Origin: an uncultured Bacilli bacterium
GTDB taxonomy: Bacteria; Bacillota_I; Bacilli_A; RF39; UBA660
Assembly: GCA_947626095.1 (NCBI GenBank)
Contig: CANQQV010000014.1
Coordinates: 1 to 41,359, forward strand
Direction: 5' to 3'
Length of the DNA: 41,359 nt
Part shown: positions 19,677 to 29,800 of the stretch, piece by piece
Layout of the letters: each line of letters opens with the position of its first letter
How positions within the stretch are numbered: position 1 is the first letter of the stretch
Notes under the pieces: generated by a model
Told to the model about the DNA's origin: nothing
The model's database searches: none
Seen by the model: the letters and a program-made list of their open reading frames with translations, nothing else
Translations under genes and position numbers: made by a program

Positions 19677-20492
19677 TTAATAATCATCAAGAGTTTTAAA
19701 ACGATAACCTTTAGATTTAAAATGGGTAATAAATTCTTCTAGAATACTTAAATTATCTTTGGAACTGGCATGTAATAATATTACTTGACCACTTCTAACA
19801 TTGTCAAAAATCATATGTTTGGCATATTCTTCCCCTTTTTGATTGTTTTCATCCCAATCATCATATGCTAAACCCCATATAACAGCTCTGTAACCGATTG
19901 ATTTTGTTACATCTAGAACTTTTTCACTAAATAAGCCTTCTGGTGGACGAAAGTATTTCATTTCGTAACTAAATTTGTCTTTGACTTTGTTATGTAATTC
20001 TAATAATTCATTTTTAATGTCTTCGTCACTTAGTTCAGTCATATCATAATGATGAACGGTATGATTACCAACGATGTGACCATCATCTATCATCTTTCCT
20101 ACTAACTGCGGGTTACTTTCATAAAAGGCATCAGTAATAAAAAATGCTACCTTTATTTTACATTCATTAACAATATTTAATATTTCTTCGGTATGACCTG
20201 ATTCATAACCGACATCAAAAGTTAAAAATAATTCACGACTATTACTATCTTTATAAGATAAGCCATTATATTTATCTAATATTTTTTTACTATAATTTTC
20301 TTTTGGTTCTTTATTGCCATCAGTCTTACGATATATTTCCCAAGGAAGAACATCTTCGTATGCGACTGTTGCTTGATTATTGTCATTATTTTCAATATTA
20401 ACGTTTTGCTGATTTTTTGTATTATTTATAAATAATAGTAAAAGTAATATTATGACAATAACAAAAAATATATAAGGTATAACTTTTTTCAT
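19677..20492 (-). CDS. PdaA-like peptidoglycan N-acetylmuramic acid deacetylase (CE4)
   Basis: LTFDVGYE, GNHTVHH, FRPPEG, WGLAYDDW, ILLHASSKDN; N-terminal TM. Confidence 0.85.
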   Translation of the reverse strand: MKKVIPYIFFVIVIILLLLLFINNTKNQQNVNIENNDNNQATVAYEDVLPWEIYRKTDGNKEPKENYSKKILDKYNGLSYKDSNSRELFLTFDVGYESGHTEEILNIVNECKIKVAFFITDAFYESNPQLVGKMIDDGHIVGNHTVHHYDMTELSDEDIKNELLELHNKVKDKFSYEMKYFRPPEGLFSEKVLDVTKSIGYRAVIWGLAYDDWDENNQKGEEYAKHMIFDNVRSGQVILLHASSKDNLSILEEFITHFKSKGYRFKTLDDY

Positions 20493-20497
20493 TATAA

Positions 20498-21196
20498 TCA
20501 CTCTTCTAAACGGTCTAAGAAATTAAGCCATTCTTGGTCGGAACCAGAATCTTTATTCCAGCCATAAATACCAGGACATAATTTACCATTTACATCGTAA
20601 TGTCTGATGACATTTGTAATAGGAACATCATATTTATCCATTAAATATTTAACTAATTCAACGGTAGAATCAACTGTTTCGGGAAGAAGATACCAATCTT
20701 TAGAATTAGCTTTTTTTAAGCCATCATTTTTAACACACATCTCAATGCTAACACTGTTTTCGTTAGTAGCTTTTTCATATAAAGATCCACCTTGAGTCTC
20801 TTCGAGATAACCACCGACAGCGAAAGCATATCTTTCTTCAGTTTCTAGATTGTATTGATATATATCGCCATTAAAATCAACAAAAAAATCAACGCTTTTA
20901 TTAGTATTACTTAAAGTGTTATAAGAAGCTACAAAGGTGTTAGCATTAGCTGTATTACCAGTATAATGAATAACAATATATTCTATTTTGGCTTTTCTAA
21001 TACTGGTATTATGATAGTTAAAGTTATTATTTAGATATACTTCTATTTCATGATTGTCACTCTTTAGTTTTTCTTTTTCATAAGTAATATGTTGATTATA
21101 GTGATTAAAATCAGCTTTGAAAGTAATATAACCTAAACTAATAACTAAACATATTATCGTTAATACAATTGCAATTATCCAATTTTTACGTTCCAT
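20498..21196 (-). CDS. N-acetylmuramoyl-L-alanine amidase (Amidase_2/PGRP fold), membrane-anchored
   Basis: IVIHYTG, NSVSIEMC, VIRHYDV, KLCPG; N-terminal TM. Confidence 0.87.
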   Translation of the reverse strand: MERKNWIIAIVLTIICLVISLGYITFKADFNHYNQHITYEKEKLKSDNHEIEVYLNNNFNYHNTSIRKAKIEYIVIHYTGNTANANTFVASYNTLSNTNKSVDFFVDFNGDIYQYNLETEERYAFAVGGYLEETQGGSLYEKATNENSVSIEMCVKNDGLKKANSKDWYLLPETVDSTVELVKYLMDKYDVPITNVIRHYDVNGKLCPGIYGWNKDSGSDQEWLNFLDRLEE

Positions 21197-21233
21197 AAGT
21201 TTCACCAGTTTTATTATAACACAAAAAGAAGTA

Positions 21234-22970
21234 TTAGAAATCTAATACTTCTGGACTATAAAGTTTACGATATAGTTCTGATGATGACATTAGTTCATCA
21301 TGAGTACCATAATTTAAAACTTTTCCTTCGTCGATAACATAGATTAAATCGGCATCCATAATAGTAGAGAGGCGATGAGCAACTATTATTATGGTATGAG
21401 TTTTAACTAAGTTATCAATAGTCTTTTTAATATATTCTTGCGATTCATTATCTAAGGCAGATGTCGCTTCATCAAAAAGGATAACCTTGGTATCTTTTAA
21501 CAAAGTTCTAGCGATGGCTATTCTTTGTTTTTGACCACCTGATAAATTAACTCCACCTTCACCAATGACAGTTTCATAGCCGTTAGGTAAAGACATTATA
21601 TAATCATCGATATAAGCTTTCTTACAAACACTTCTTATCTCTTCTAAAGTTACATCTTCTTTAACTATTTTAAAGTTATCAAAGATAGTTGAATTAAAAA
21701 GATATGGGCTTTGTCTAATAACAGAAATATTAGTACGTAGAGATTCTTCACTTAGATTTTTAATGTCTTCACCATTAACTAATATTTGCCCTTTTGTAGC
21801 ATCAAAGTATCTCAATAGTAAATTAAATAGTGTTGATTTACCTTGACCAGATTTACCAACGATCGCAATTTTTTTGTTAGGAGCTAGTTTTAAATTTAAA
21901 CCATTTAAAATTAACTCTTCTTCATCTCGATATTTAAAACTAACATTTTTAAACTCAATATTTATCTTTTTATCATTATTAATCTTCTTTTGACCAAATT
22001 TTTCATCTTCATATAATATATTATTTAATATTTCATCAATTCTTTTTAAAGAAACAGTTACTTTATTATAAGAAACACCAAATTCAGATAATGACTCAAC
22101 TACTTCATCAATACGCCAGATATATTTTTCAATAACGACGAATGAAGCTAGAACGATAGTACCATTAAAAACTGAGATACCTAAAGTAAGTAAGATAATA
22201 AATTGAATAACAAAGTAACATAAATTATTTAAAGCATAATAGAAGGTTTCATCAACGCCTATTTTTCGTTGCTTTTTAAATAAATTTTCAACGTTAACAT
22301 ATATTCGACGATTAATATTATTTTTAATACCTAAGGCTTTGATTTCTCTGATACCGGTAATATTTTGCGTTGCTACTTTAATAAATTCATCAGAATCTTT
22401 TTTGATAGCTTCTTGAGTCTTTTTAATCTTTGGATAATAAATATTAGATAAGATAAACATAACAATACATAGTACTAATAGCTCTAAACCAACGTATATA
22501 GAAATACTAAAAGAAATGCCAACAATGATAATCGCAATTATCAAACGACAACTTAATTTTATCAATTTATTTAATAATTCTAATATACGATCAGGATCAG
22601 TATACATACGATTTATAAACTCGCCGACACCGATTTCTTCAAAGGCTATAGCAGGTAGATTAGTTACTTTAGTATATAAATCTTTACTAACATTTTCCAT
22701 AAATTTCTTTTCTAAATAATTATAAATTAAGTCAGTAGGTACTTGAATTATTACCCACATGAAGATGATTAAACCACTCCAACACATTAAATATTTAATA
22801 AAATCATAATTATTACCTGTAGCTAATGCTTGAAAAGCGTTTGCCCAGACGAAAGCATTAATAAGTGGTTCAAAGTATTTGGCAATAGTTAAAATAATAT
22901 AAAGAAATAATTTGAGTTTATCATTTTTAAAATATCGAAATAATATTTTAAAATTTTTTAAACCTTTCAT
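21234..22970 (-). CDS. ABC exporter, fused TMD + NBD (multidrug/peptide type)
   Basis: Walker A GKSGQGKS, LSGGQKQR, ILFDEATSALD, VAHRLSTI; GGAGG RBS before ATG 22970. Confidence 0.93.
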   Translation of the reverse strand: MKGLKNFKILFRYFKNDKLKLFLYIILTIAKYFEPLINAFVWANAFQALATGNNYDFIKYLMCWSGLIIFMWVIIQVPTDLIYNYLEKKFMENVSKDLYTKVTNLPAIAFEEIGVGEFINRMYTDPDRILELLNKLIKLSCRLIIAIIIVGISFSISIYVGLELLVLCIVMFILSNIYYPKIKKTQEAIKKDSDEFIKVATQNITGIREIKALGIKNNINRRIYVNVENLFKKQRKIGVDETFYYALNNLCYFVIQFIILLTLGISVFNGTIVLASFVVIEKYIWRIDEVVESLSEFGVSYNKVTVSLKRIDEILNNILYEDEKFGQKKINNDKKINIEFKNVSFKYRDEEELILNGLNLKLAPNKKIAIVGKSGQGKSTLFNLLLRYFDATKGQILVNGEDIKNLSEESLRTNISVIRQSPYLFNSTIFDNFKIVKEDVTLEEIRSVCKKAYIDDYIMSLPNGYETVIGEGGVNLSGGQKQRIAIARTLLKDTKVILFDEATSALDNESQEYIKKTIDNLVKTHTIIIVAHRLSTIMDADLIYVIDEGKVLNYGTHDELMSSSELYRKLYSPEVLDF

Positions 22971-22983
22971 AATTTCCTCCATT

Positions 22984-23010
22984 AAAAAATAACTATTACA
23001 TAATAGTTAT
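22984..23010 (-). terminator. Leader terminator (attenuator) just upstream of the ABC exporter RBS
   Basis: Perfect 10-bp inverted repeat ATAACTATTA/TAATAGTTAT running into a U-tract on the minus strand; AU-rich, so weak. Confidence 0.55.
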
Positions 23011-23023
23011 AAAAGTGTTTTCT

Positions 23024-23104
23024 CTAAATTGCGTGAGAAAATGCTCTTACAAATCTATTACTCATTCTAATTATTAAATTTTTATTTTGAATTTTATTGC
23101 TCAT
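23024..23104 (-). CDS. 26-aa leader peptide MSNKIQNKNLIIRMSNRFVRAFSHAI
   Basis: GAGGAG RBS, ATG 23104, TAG 23024-23026; lies between a promoter and the ABC gene. Confidence 0.65.
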   Translation of the reverse strand: MSNKIQNKNLIIRMSNRFVRAFSHAI

Positions 23105-23134
23105 TTTCTCACTCCTCTTCTAAAATTCCCCTAT

Positions 23135-23163
23135 AATATAACATTAAACAAAAAGGATGTCAA
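23135..23163 (-). promoter_or_regulatory. Sigma-A promoter for the leader peptide/ABC exporter
   Basis: TTGACA (23163-23158), 17 bp, extended TGn-TATATT (23140-23135). Confidence 0.7.
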
Positions 23164-23185
23164 CTTTTTTTGGTTGACATCTTTT
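23150..23185 (-). terminator. Terminator of the zinc-ribbon gene, overlapping the next -35
   Basis: GATGTCAAC/GTTGACATC 9-bp stem flanked by A/T runs. Confidence 0.75.
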
Positions 23186-23186
23186 A

Positions 23187-24455
23187 TTATTTAGAATATT
23201 GATTTACTTTATTACTATAATCAGATAAGAGATCACTATAATCTTTATTTTTCGTTAACTCTAAATTATTGTAGACATGATCATAATCAATAATAATCTG
23301 TTCAATTTGAGTATACATATCTAAAAGTTCACTATCATCTAAATTAGCAGGATCTTGTTCGATTTTAGCAATATCATTTTTTAATAAACCAATTACATTA
23401 CTATTTATACGATCAACATATATTCTAGTTTTATTATAAATAATACTATTGCTAGGTATTTGATTAAGCGCATAATAAGATTTGTTGTAATCACGGTTAT
23501 TATATAAATCAATAGCTTCGTAGAAAATTCGAGAATCATTGTAATTATCATCAATATCATTAATTAAGCTTTCGTAATTACTACTTTCTAAAGCTCTTAC
23601 ATAGTAATCATCTTCTCTAACAATGGCATATTCATATAAACCACGGAATAAATCTTTATATCTAGTAGTTGCTGTATTAAATTCAGCTTGAGAAACATAC
23701 TCTGTATCATAATATTCTTGTAACCATTCATTACTTTTAGCTTTAACTTTATTTTGAACTTCAGCTAAAACATCTTCATCATCTTTAACTTCTTCTAAGA
23801 TATTAGAAATATCTTCAGTTTTACCACTAGTATAATAAGTTTCTAAAGCTTTATTTAAATTTTCTTCAATCTCGGTAGTTGTTGGTTTATTAGCTTTTAA
23901 TAAAGTACTAACACAAAAGAAAAGCAAACCAACTACCACTAGAGCTATAAGGCCGGTTACAACTAATACTTTAGTTCTTTTATTAACACTTTCTTTAGTT
24001 TCTAAAGATGTTGGTGGTAATTCTTCTTTGGCTGGTTCTTCGGGATTTGGAGCTACTGGTTTCTCTTTTGTAACCTCTTCTTGAACTGGAATATGGGTTT
24101 CATCTTTTGGGGATTCAACTATTTGAGGTGTTTTAGCTTCGGCTTCTTCGTTGACGCTATTTATTTGTTTATTAATATCTTCTAATAAAGAGAATTCATT
24201 TTGATCTTCAATTGGTTTGATTGTTCTAGTTTTTTCTAAAGAGACATTTTCTTCAGCAAATTTTTCAGCTAAAGAATTTAACATATCGTTATCAGCTTCG
24301 TTAACATCTGGGGTTTTATTTGCTGTTTTTAAAACAGGAAGTTCAAAATCTTCAGTTTCAATATGTTTTTTTTCTGATTTTGGTACACTACTGCCACAAA
24401 ATGGACAAATAGAGCTATTTTCATTCACTTCCATACCACACTTTAGACATTTCAT
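23187..24455 (-). CDS. Zinc-ribbon, single-TM membrane protein
   Basis: N-terminal CLKC...CPFC, acidic Pro-rich linker, central TM, helical C-terminal domain. Confidence 0.8.
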   Translation of the reverse strand: MKCLKCGMEVNENSSICPFCGSSVPKSEKKHIETEDFELPVLKTANKTPDVNEADNDMLNSLAEKFAEENVSLEKTRTIKPIEDQNEFSLLEDINKQINSVNEEAEAKTPQIVESPKDETHIPVQEEVTKEKPVAPNPEEPAKEELPPTSLETKESVNKRTKVLVVTGLIALVVVGLLFFCVSTLLKANKPTTTEIEENLNKALETYYTSGKTEDISNILEEVKDDEDVLAEVQNKVKAKSNEWLQEYYDTEYVSQAEFNTATTRYKDLFRGLYEYAIVREDDYYVRALESSNYESLINDIDDNYNDSRIFYEAIDLYNNRDYNKSYYALNQIPSNSIIYNKTRIYVDRINSNVIGLLKNDIAKIEQDPANLDDSELLDMYTQIEQIIIDYDHVYNNLELTKNKDYSDLLSDYSNKVNQYSK

Positions 24456-24549
24456 CTAACCACACCCTTATTATATTTAATATCATATCATAAAATTAAA
24501 ATAAAGTTTAGATAAATTGTTATTTTTTTAAAACTTTATTAATTTTTAG

Positions 24550-24602
24550 TGGTATAATTTAAGAGAGCCTACAGACGTTCTCAAATGAATAGTCTTTTTT
24601 TT
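24550..24602 (+). promoter_or_regulatory. pyrG extended -10 promoter and leader with terminator-like hairpin
   Basis: TGGTATAAT 24550-24558; AGACGTTC/GAATAGTCT stem followed by a T-run (24573-24602). Confidence 0.55.
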
Positions 24603-24625
24603 ATTTGGTAAGGAGGTAGTAAAAA

Positions 24626-26236
24626 ATGGCTAAGTATGTATTCGTAACAGGTGGAGTTGTATCTGGCCTTGGTAAAGGTATTACAGCATCATCTATTGCT
24701 TTATTATTAAAAAGTCGTGGATATAAAGTATTCATGCAAAAGTTTGATCCATATATTAATGTTGACCCTGGAACAATGTCACCATATCAACATGGTGAAG
24801 TTTTCGTTACCGCTGATGGATCAGAAACTGATTTAGATTTAGGTCACTATGAACGCTATATCGATGAAGAGCTTAACTACACATCAAATATGACAATGGG
24901 TAAAGTTTTTGCATCGGTAATTGAAAAAGAGCGTCGTGGTGACTTTTTAGGTGGAACAGTACAAATAGTACCACATGTAACTAATGAGATTAAAGCGCGT
25001 ATTTATGAAGCAGCGCATACTTCTAATGCGGATATTATTATTACAGAAATTGGTGGTACGATTGGAGATATTGAATCACAATCATTTTTGGAAGCATTAA
25101 GACAAATGCGTTTAGAAGAAGGAATTGATAATACCCTATTTGTTCATACTACTTTAGTACCAGAAATATATGGTAGTGGTGAACTAAAAACTAAACCTAC
25201 TCAACATTCTGTAATTGAAATGCGTGGTTTAGGATTACAACCTGATATAATTGTTTGTCGTACACCAATTATGTTAGATGATGACTTAAAAAAGAAAATA
25301 TCAATGTTTTGTAGTATTCCACCAACTAGTGTTATATCTTCACCAGATGTAACTAATGTTTATCGTATTCCTCTAGTCTATCATGAACAAGGAATTGATG
25401 AAATTATCTTAAATCATTTTAAATTAGAAGTTGGCGATATCAATATTAAAGATTGGGAAAAACTAGTTAAAACAACTGATCATTTAAAAAATGAAATTGA
25501 AATCGCTTTAGTTGGTAAATATGTTGAATTACATGATGCTTATATTTCAGTAGTAGAATCATTAAAACATGCTGGTTACCCTATTGGAGTTAAAGTAAAT
25601 ATTAATTGGGTTGATAGTGAATCACTAGAAGATTCTAATTGTGATTTAACCAAAGTATTTAAAAATGCAAAAGGTATTATCGTTCCTGGTGGTTTTGGTT
25701 CACGTGGAATTGAAGGAATGATTAAAGCAGCGGAATATGCAAGAACTAATAATATTCCATATCTTGGATTATGTTTAGGTATGCAAGTAGCTACTATTGA
25801 GTTTGCCCGTAATGTATGTCATTTAGAAGATGCTAACTCAACCGAATTTGATCCACTATGTAAAAGTCCAATTATTGATTTAATGGCTGATCAAAAGCAA
25901 GTAATTAATATGGGTGGTACACTTCGTTTAGGTAATTATGAATGTGCAATTAAGAAAGATACATTAGCTTATAACGATTATAAAACAGATATGATTTTAG
26001 AAAGACATCGTCATCGTTATGAATTTAATAATAAGTATCGTGATTTATTAGAAGAACATGGTATGGTGTTCTCAGGAATTAATCCTAAAGCTAACTTAGT
26101 TGAAATAATTGAATTACCTTCACATGTTCACTATATAGCTTGTCAATTCCATCCAGAATTTAAATCACGTCCTAATCGTCCACATCCTTTGTTTAAAACG
26201 TTTATTGAAGTAGCAGCTAATAAAAAGAAGAAATAA
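24626..26236 (+). CDS. pyrG: CTP synthase
   Basis: VFVTGGVVSGLGKG, DPYINVDPGTMSPYQHGEVF, KTKPTQHS, GLCLGMQ, RHRHRYE, QFHPEF. Confidence 0.99.
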   Translation: MAKYVFVTGGVVSGLGKGITASSIALLLKSRGYKVFMQKFDPYINVDPGTMSPYQHGEVFVTADGSETDLDLGHYERYIDEELNYTSNMTMGKVFASVIEKERRGDFLGGTVQIVPHVTNEIKARIYEAAHTSNADIIITEIGGTIGDIESQSFLEALRQMRLEEGIDNTLFVHTTLVPEIYGSGELKTKPTQHSVIEMRGLGLQPDIIVCRTPIMLDDDLKKKISMFCSIPPTSVISSPDVTNVYRIPLVYHEQGIDEIILNHFKLEVGDINIKDWEKLVKTTDHLKNEIEIALVGKYVELHDAYISVVESLKHAGYPIGVKVNINWVDSESLEDSNCDLTKVFKNAKGIIVPGGFGSRGIEGMIKAAEYARTNNIPYLGLCLGMQVATIEFARNVCHLEDANSTEFDPLCKSPIIDLMADQKQVINMGGTLRLGNYECAIKKDTLAYNDYKTDMILERHRHRYEFNNKYRDLLEEHGMVFSGINPKANLVEIIELPSHVHYIACQFHPEFKSRPNRPHPLFKTFIEVAANKKKK

Positions 26237-26283
26237 TCATAAATAATTAGATTATGTAAATAATAGAAGTAATGAGGTAGCTT

Positions 26284-26862
26284 ATGAAAAAATACTTATT
26301 ACTTCTTTTTTATTTGTTATTAGCAGCATTAAATTTAAATCTTATCTTAAAACCGTTAAACTTAGTAACTGGTGGAACACAAGGTTTAGCGTTAATTATA
26401 AGTTATATTACTAATTTAAGAACTTCTTTAATTGTTTTAATTATTAATGTTATAGCAATAGTTATTAGTTATTTTTTCTTAACTAAAGATCAAACTAAAA
26501 GTGCTCTAATATCAACATTTGCTTATCCTTTATTTATTAAAGTAACAAGTTATATTCCAATATATGATTTTGGGAGTAAATATATTTTAATTATTTTAGC
26601 AGGAATAATCTTTGGCTTTACTTGTGGAATGATATATAAACTAGGATTTTCTTCAGGAGGACTTACAATTATTACTTTGTTAGTTAATAAATATTTACAT
26701 CTTAAAATATCAGTTATTAACTTTATAATTAATTTTATAATAATTATAATTGGATACTTATTATTTGGTGTTAATAAAGCTTTATCTTCCCTACTGATAA
26801 TTATAATTGGGAGTATTGTTATAAATTTAATTTTAGGTAAAAGAAAAAGACTAATTAAATAG
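26284..26862 (+). CDS. YitT family membrane protein
   Basis: LVTGGTQGLA, GFSSGGL; hydrophobic throughout. Confidence 0.8.
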   Translation: MKKYLLLLFYLLLAALNLNLILKPLNLVTGGTQGLALIISYITNLRTSLIVLIINVIAIVISYFFLTKDQTKSALISTFAYPLFIKVTSYIPIYDFGSKYILIILAGIIFGFTCGMIYKLGFSSGGLTIITLLVNKYLHLKISVINFIINFIIIIIGYLLFGVNKALSSLLIIIIGSIVINLILGKRKRLIK

Positions 26863-26869
26863 TCTTTTA
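26846..26869. terminator. Bidirectional terminator
   Basis: AAAAGACTA-attaaa-TAGTCTTTT; near-identical copy at ~31939-31962. Confidence 0.7.
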
Positions 26870-29800
26870 TCTTATTTTAATAAGTAAGAATGCTACACCA
26901 CCTAATGTAACAAATGATATAGCGACAACAGCCATAATGATAACTTGGTTAGAAATTTTTTTCTTTGGTGTTTCAGTTGTTTCTTTTAGAACTTTTTGTT
27001 CTTCATTTGTTTCAACTTCATTATCTTGTTCTTGGTTTTCTTCAGTTGCTTGTTCATCGTTAGTAGTTTTGTTTTCTTCTACTTTATTATCTTCTACTTT
27101 AGGTGTTTCTTCTTTATTAGTTGGTTCTTTCTTTGAAGTACTCGGTTTGGTTGTTGTTTCTTTACTTGTTGTATTTTTATCAGTTGTTTCTTTACTCGTT
27201 GAGCTACTATTATTATCTTCTTTTTGATCAGATTCAGTTGGTTTTACTTGTGGTGTATTTTCACTTGGCTTAGTTTCTGAACCACTAGGATTACTTGGAG
27301 TTGGATTTGTTGGTGTAGGTTTTATTGTATTATCCTTTTCTCTAATAACAAGGATTTCAGTTTCATATCGTTCATGATTTTCGTCACCAAGGAAGATAAT
27401 TTTAATAACATTTTCCCCTTCCTTTAGATTTATATCAGCATCTTTCCATTGCCATTTATCTGTTAAAGGAATTTGATCTAATCTAGTAGTATCACTAGAT
27501 ACGGTCATTTCTGGATGAATCATGTTTGTTGGCTTTATAGCTTTATTAATTGTGTATGTAGCAGTTAATTTACCTTCGTACATACCAGTACCTGTAATAG
27601 TTACAGTATGATTACCAGCATTAGTTAGTTCACTAAAATCTAAAGTGTAATCAACGTTTTCAGTTAACTCATGGCTAGAAATATTGCTATTTAAAGGAGA
27701 TAGCGTCATAATTTCAGCAACAGAATCATTTTCTTCTTCTGGTAATTTTGGTACTGATGGAAGACTCTTTCTAACTTTAACAATTACATTATGTTCTTGA
27801 CCATTATAATAAAGATTATCACTTTCTATTACTACTTCATAATGTTCATTATTTAGTTTTACTTTTTCTTCACCAGCTGGTTTTATTGTTACTTGAATAT
27901 ATTCAGTTGTTGTATTGCCATCACTATCAGTAACAGTTATAGTAACATGATAAGTACCTGCTTCTTCCCAATTAATATCTGATGTAATTGTTGCATCTTC
28001 TATTGATAGATTTTCATCTTCTTGATCAGAAATAGTTATTAAAGATTTAAAATCTTCCAGTGCTTTTCGGCTTTCTTCAGGAACCGGTAATGTATATTCA
28101 AAACTTTTTTCAGTAATATTGATTTCTGGATGATGACCATTTTCTTTAACTATGGTTATTGTTACTTCGACATTTTCATAGTTTTCAGTATCATCATATA
28201 CAGCAATTGCTTCATTTGAACCAGTTTTTAAAGGCATACTTTGATCTTTCCAATGCCAATTATGCGGTAATTCAACTTCTTCTAAAGTTTCTTTATCGGC
28301 ATCAACACATATTCCTTCAGCAATAGATATTTCTGGTGTTTTAGCTTTAGCAATATCAAACTCTAATTCTTTTTCACCATCATAGGCACCTAAGCCAACA
28401 AGAGTAATTTTACCTTTACCGGCTTTAATATTATCTTTATATTCTAGATAATAGTTATCATTTAAAATTAATTCAGTATCTCCATCTTTGACTGTTACAA
28501 AAGGCTTTATTTCACTACCAGTATATGTATAACCATTAGTAACATAACTTACATGTAAATCATTAACATCCTTAAATGAAGTTAACTTATTTTCATAGAT
28601 TTTAAACATAGAAGCGACAACATAATCGTAAGATGAATCTAAAGATGTAATCTTAACGTATTTGGCTCTTGTTGGAGTAGATAATGTATACGATTTGACG
28701 TTATTATTTTTTGGCCATGATATTTCATTTGTAACTACATCCCAATTTTTACCATCAAGACTAACTTCTATTTTCGCTTTGGTTATAATACCCAGATCAC
28801 TAACTTTACCAGGAATATATTCTAATTTAGAAAGAAGAATTGATTTATTATTCAGCTTAATAGTAACTGTGGCATTCTTATCACCTTTTGTTGAAGTCCA
28901 GGTTGTATGGATATCGCCATCAACCAATTTATTTTCTTCATCTTCATTTAATGAACTTGATGTTGTAACGGTCTGGCGAGAAAATGGAACATATGAATAT
29001 TCTTGATTTTCAGGAATAGGTTCTAATTCAAATATTCTTGGAGCACTTGGTAAGTAAGTCTTTGTATAACCGTTTCTTACAACAATCCATTCGCCACCAG
29101 TTTTACTAAATTGTGGTTGTTTTTCGCTAAATTTATGCCAATCTAAATAATTATAAGCTACTGTTGGTTCATACATATGCATAAAGAATTCATAAATATC
29201 ATCATCAGTTTTTAATTCAACCCATTCAGCAACGTTTTCATCGATACCAGTAAATTTTTGCTCCTCAACATTTTGCTCAATATTGTCTGATTCAGAGCCT
29301 GATCCTTCAGTTAAGTCAATGAAAACAAAATTATCAATATTTTCTCTTGGTGTTGAAAGGAAATGAATAACTATATCATTTTCTTCATTTAGTTGATCAA
29401 TCTTGTCATTTAAATCAATTTTTGTTTGACCATCGGTTACTTGAAACCATTCAGTTTTTTCACTAATTTTTTTGTGTTCAGCATCATATTCATAATTTAA
29501 TGTATATTCAAATGCCCATGGTTTTTCTTTAGCGGCTGGACCAGTAAGCATTAAAAAGCCGGCATTTTCTCCGTCGAATGAGAAAGTAGCAACTGTGCTA
29601 TCGCCTTTAACACCCTTTAAATATTTAGCAATATCATTAATTGCGCCGTATTGTAAATAATCATTTTTAGTATACTTTGATTGTTCATCTAATGTTGTAT
29701 TTAAAGCTGTTTCATAAGCGACATAATTATTTTGAATATTAGATGAAAATAGTTTTAATAAATCATACATAGGAAGTGGAAATTCTTTAAGATCGTTCAT

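Noticed and set aside
23024-23104. uORF as a bacteriocin/RiPP precursor exported by the ABC transporter
   Set aside because: No double-glycine leader, no Cys, no modifying enzymes, and no C39 peptidase domain; the RNA pairings fit attenuation better
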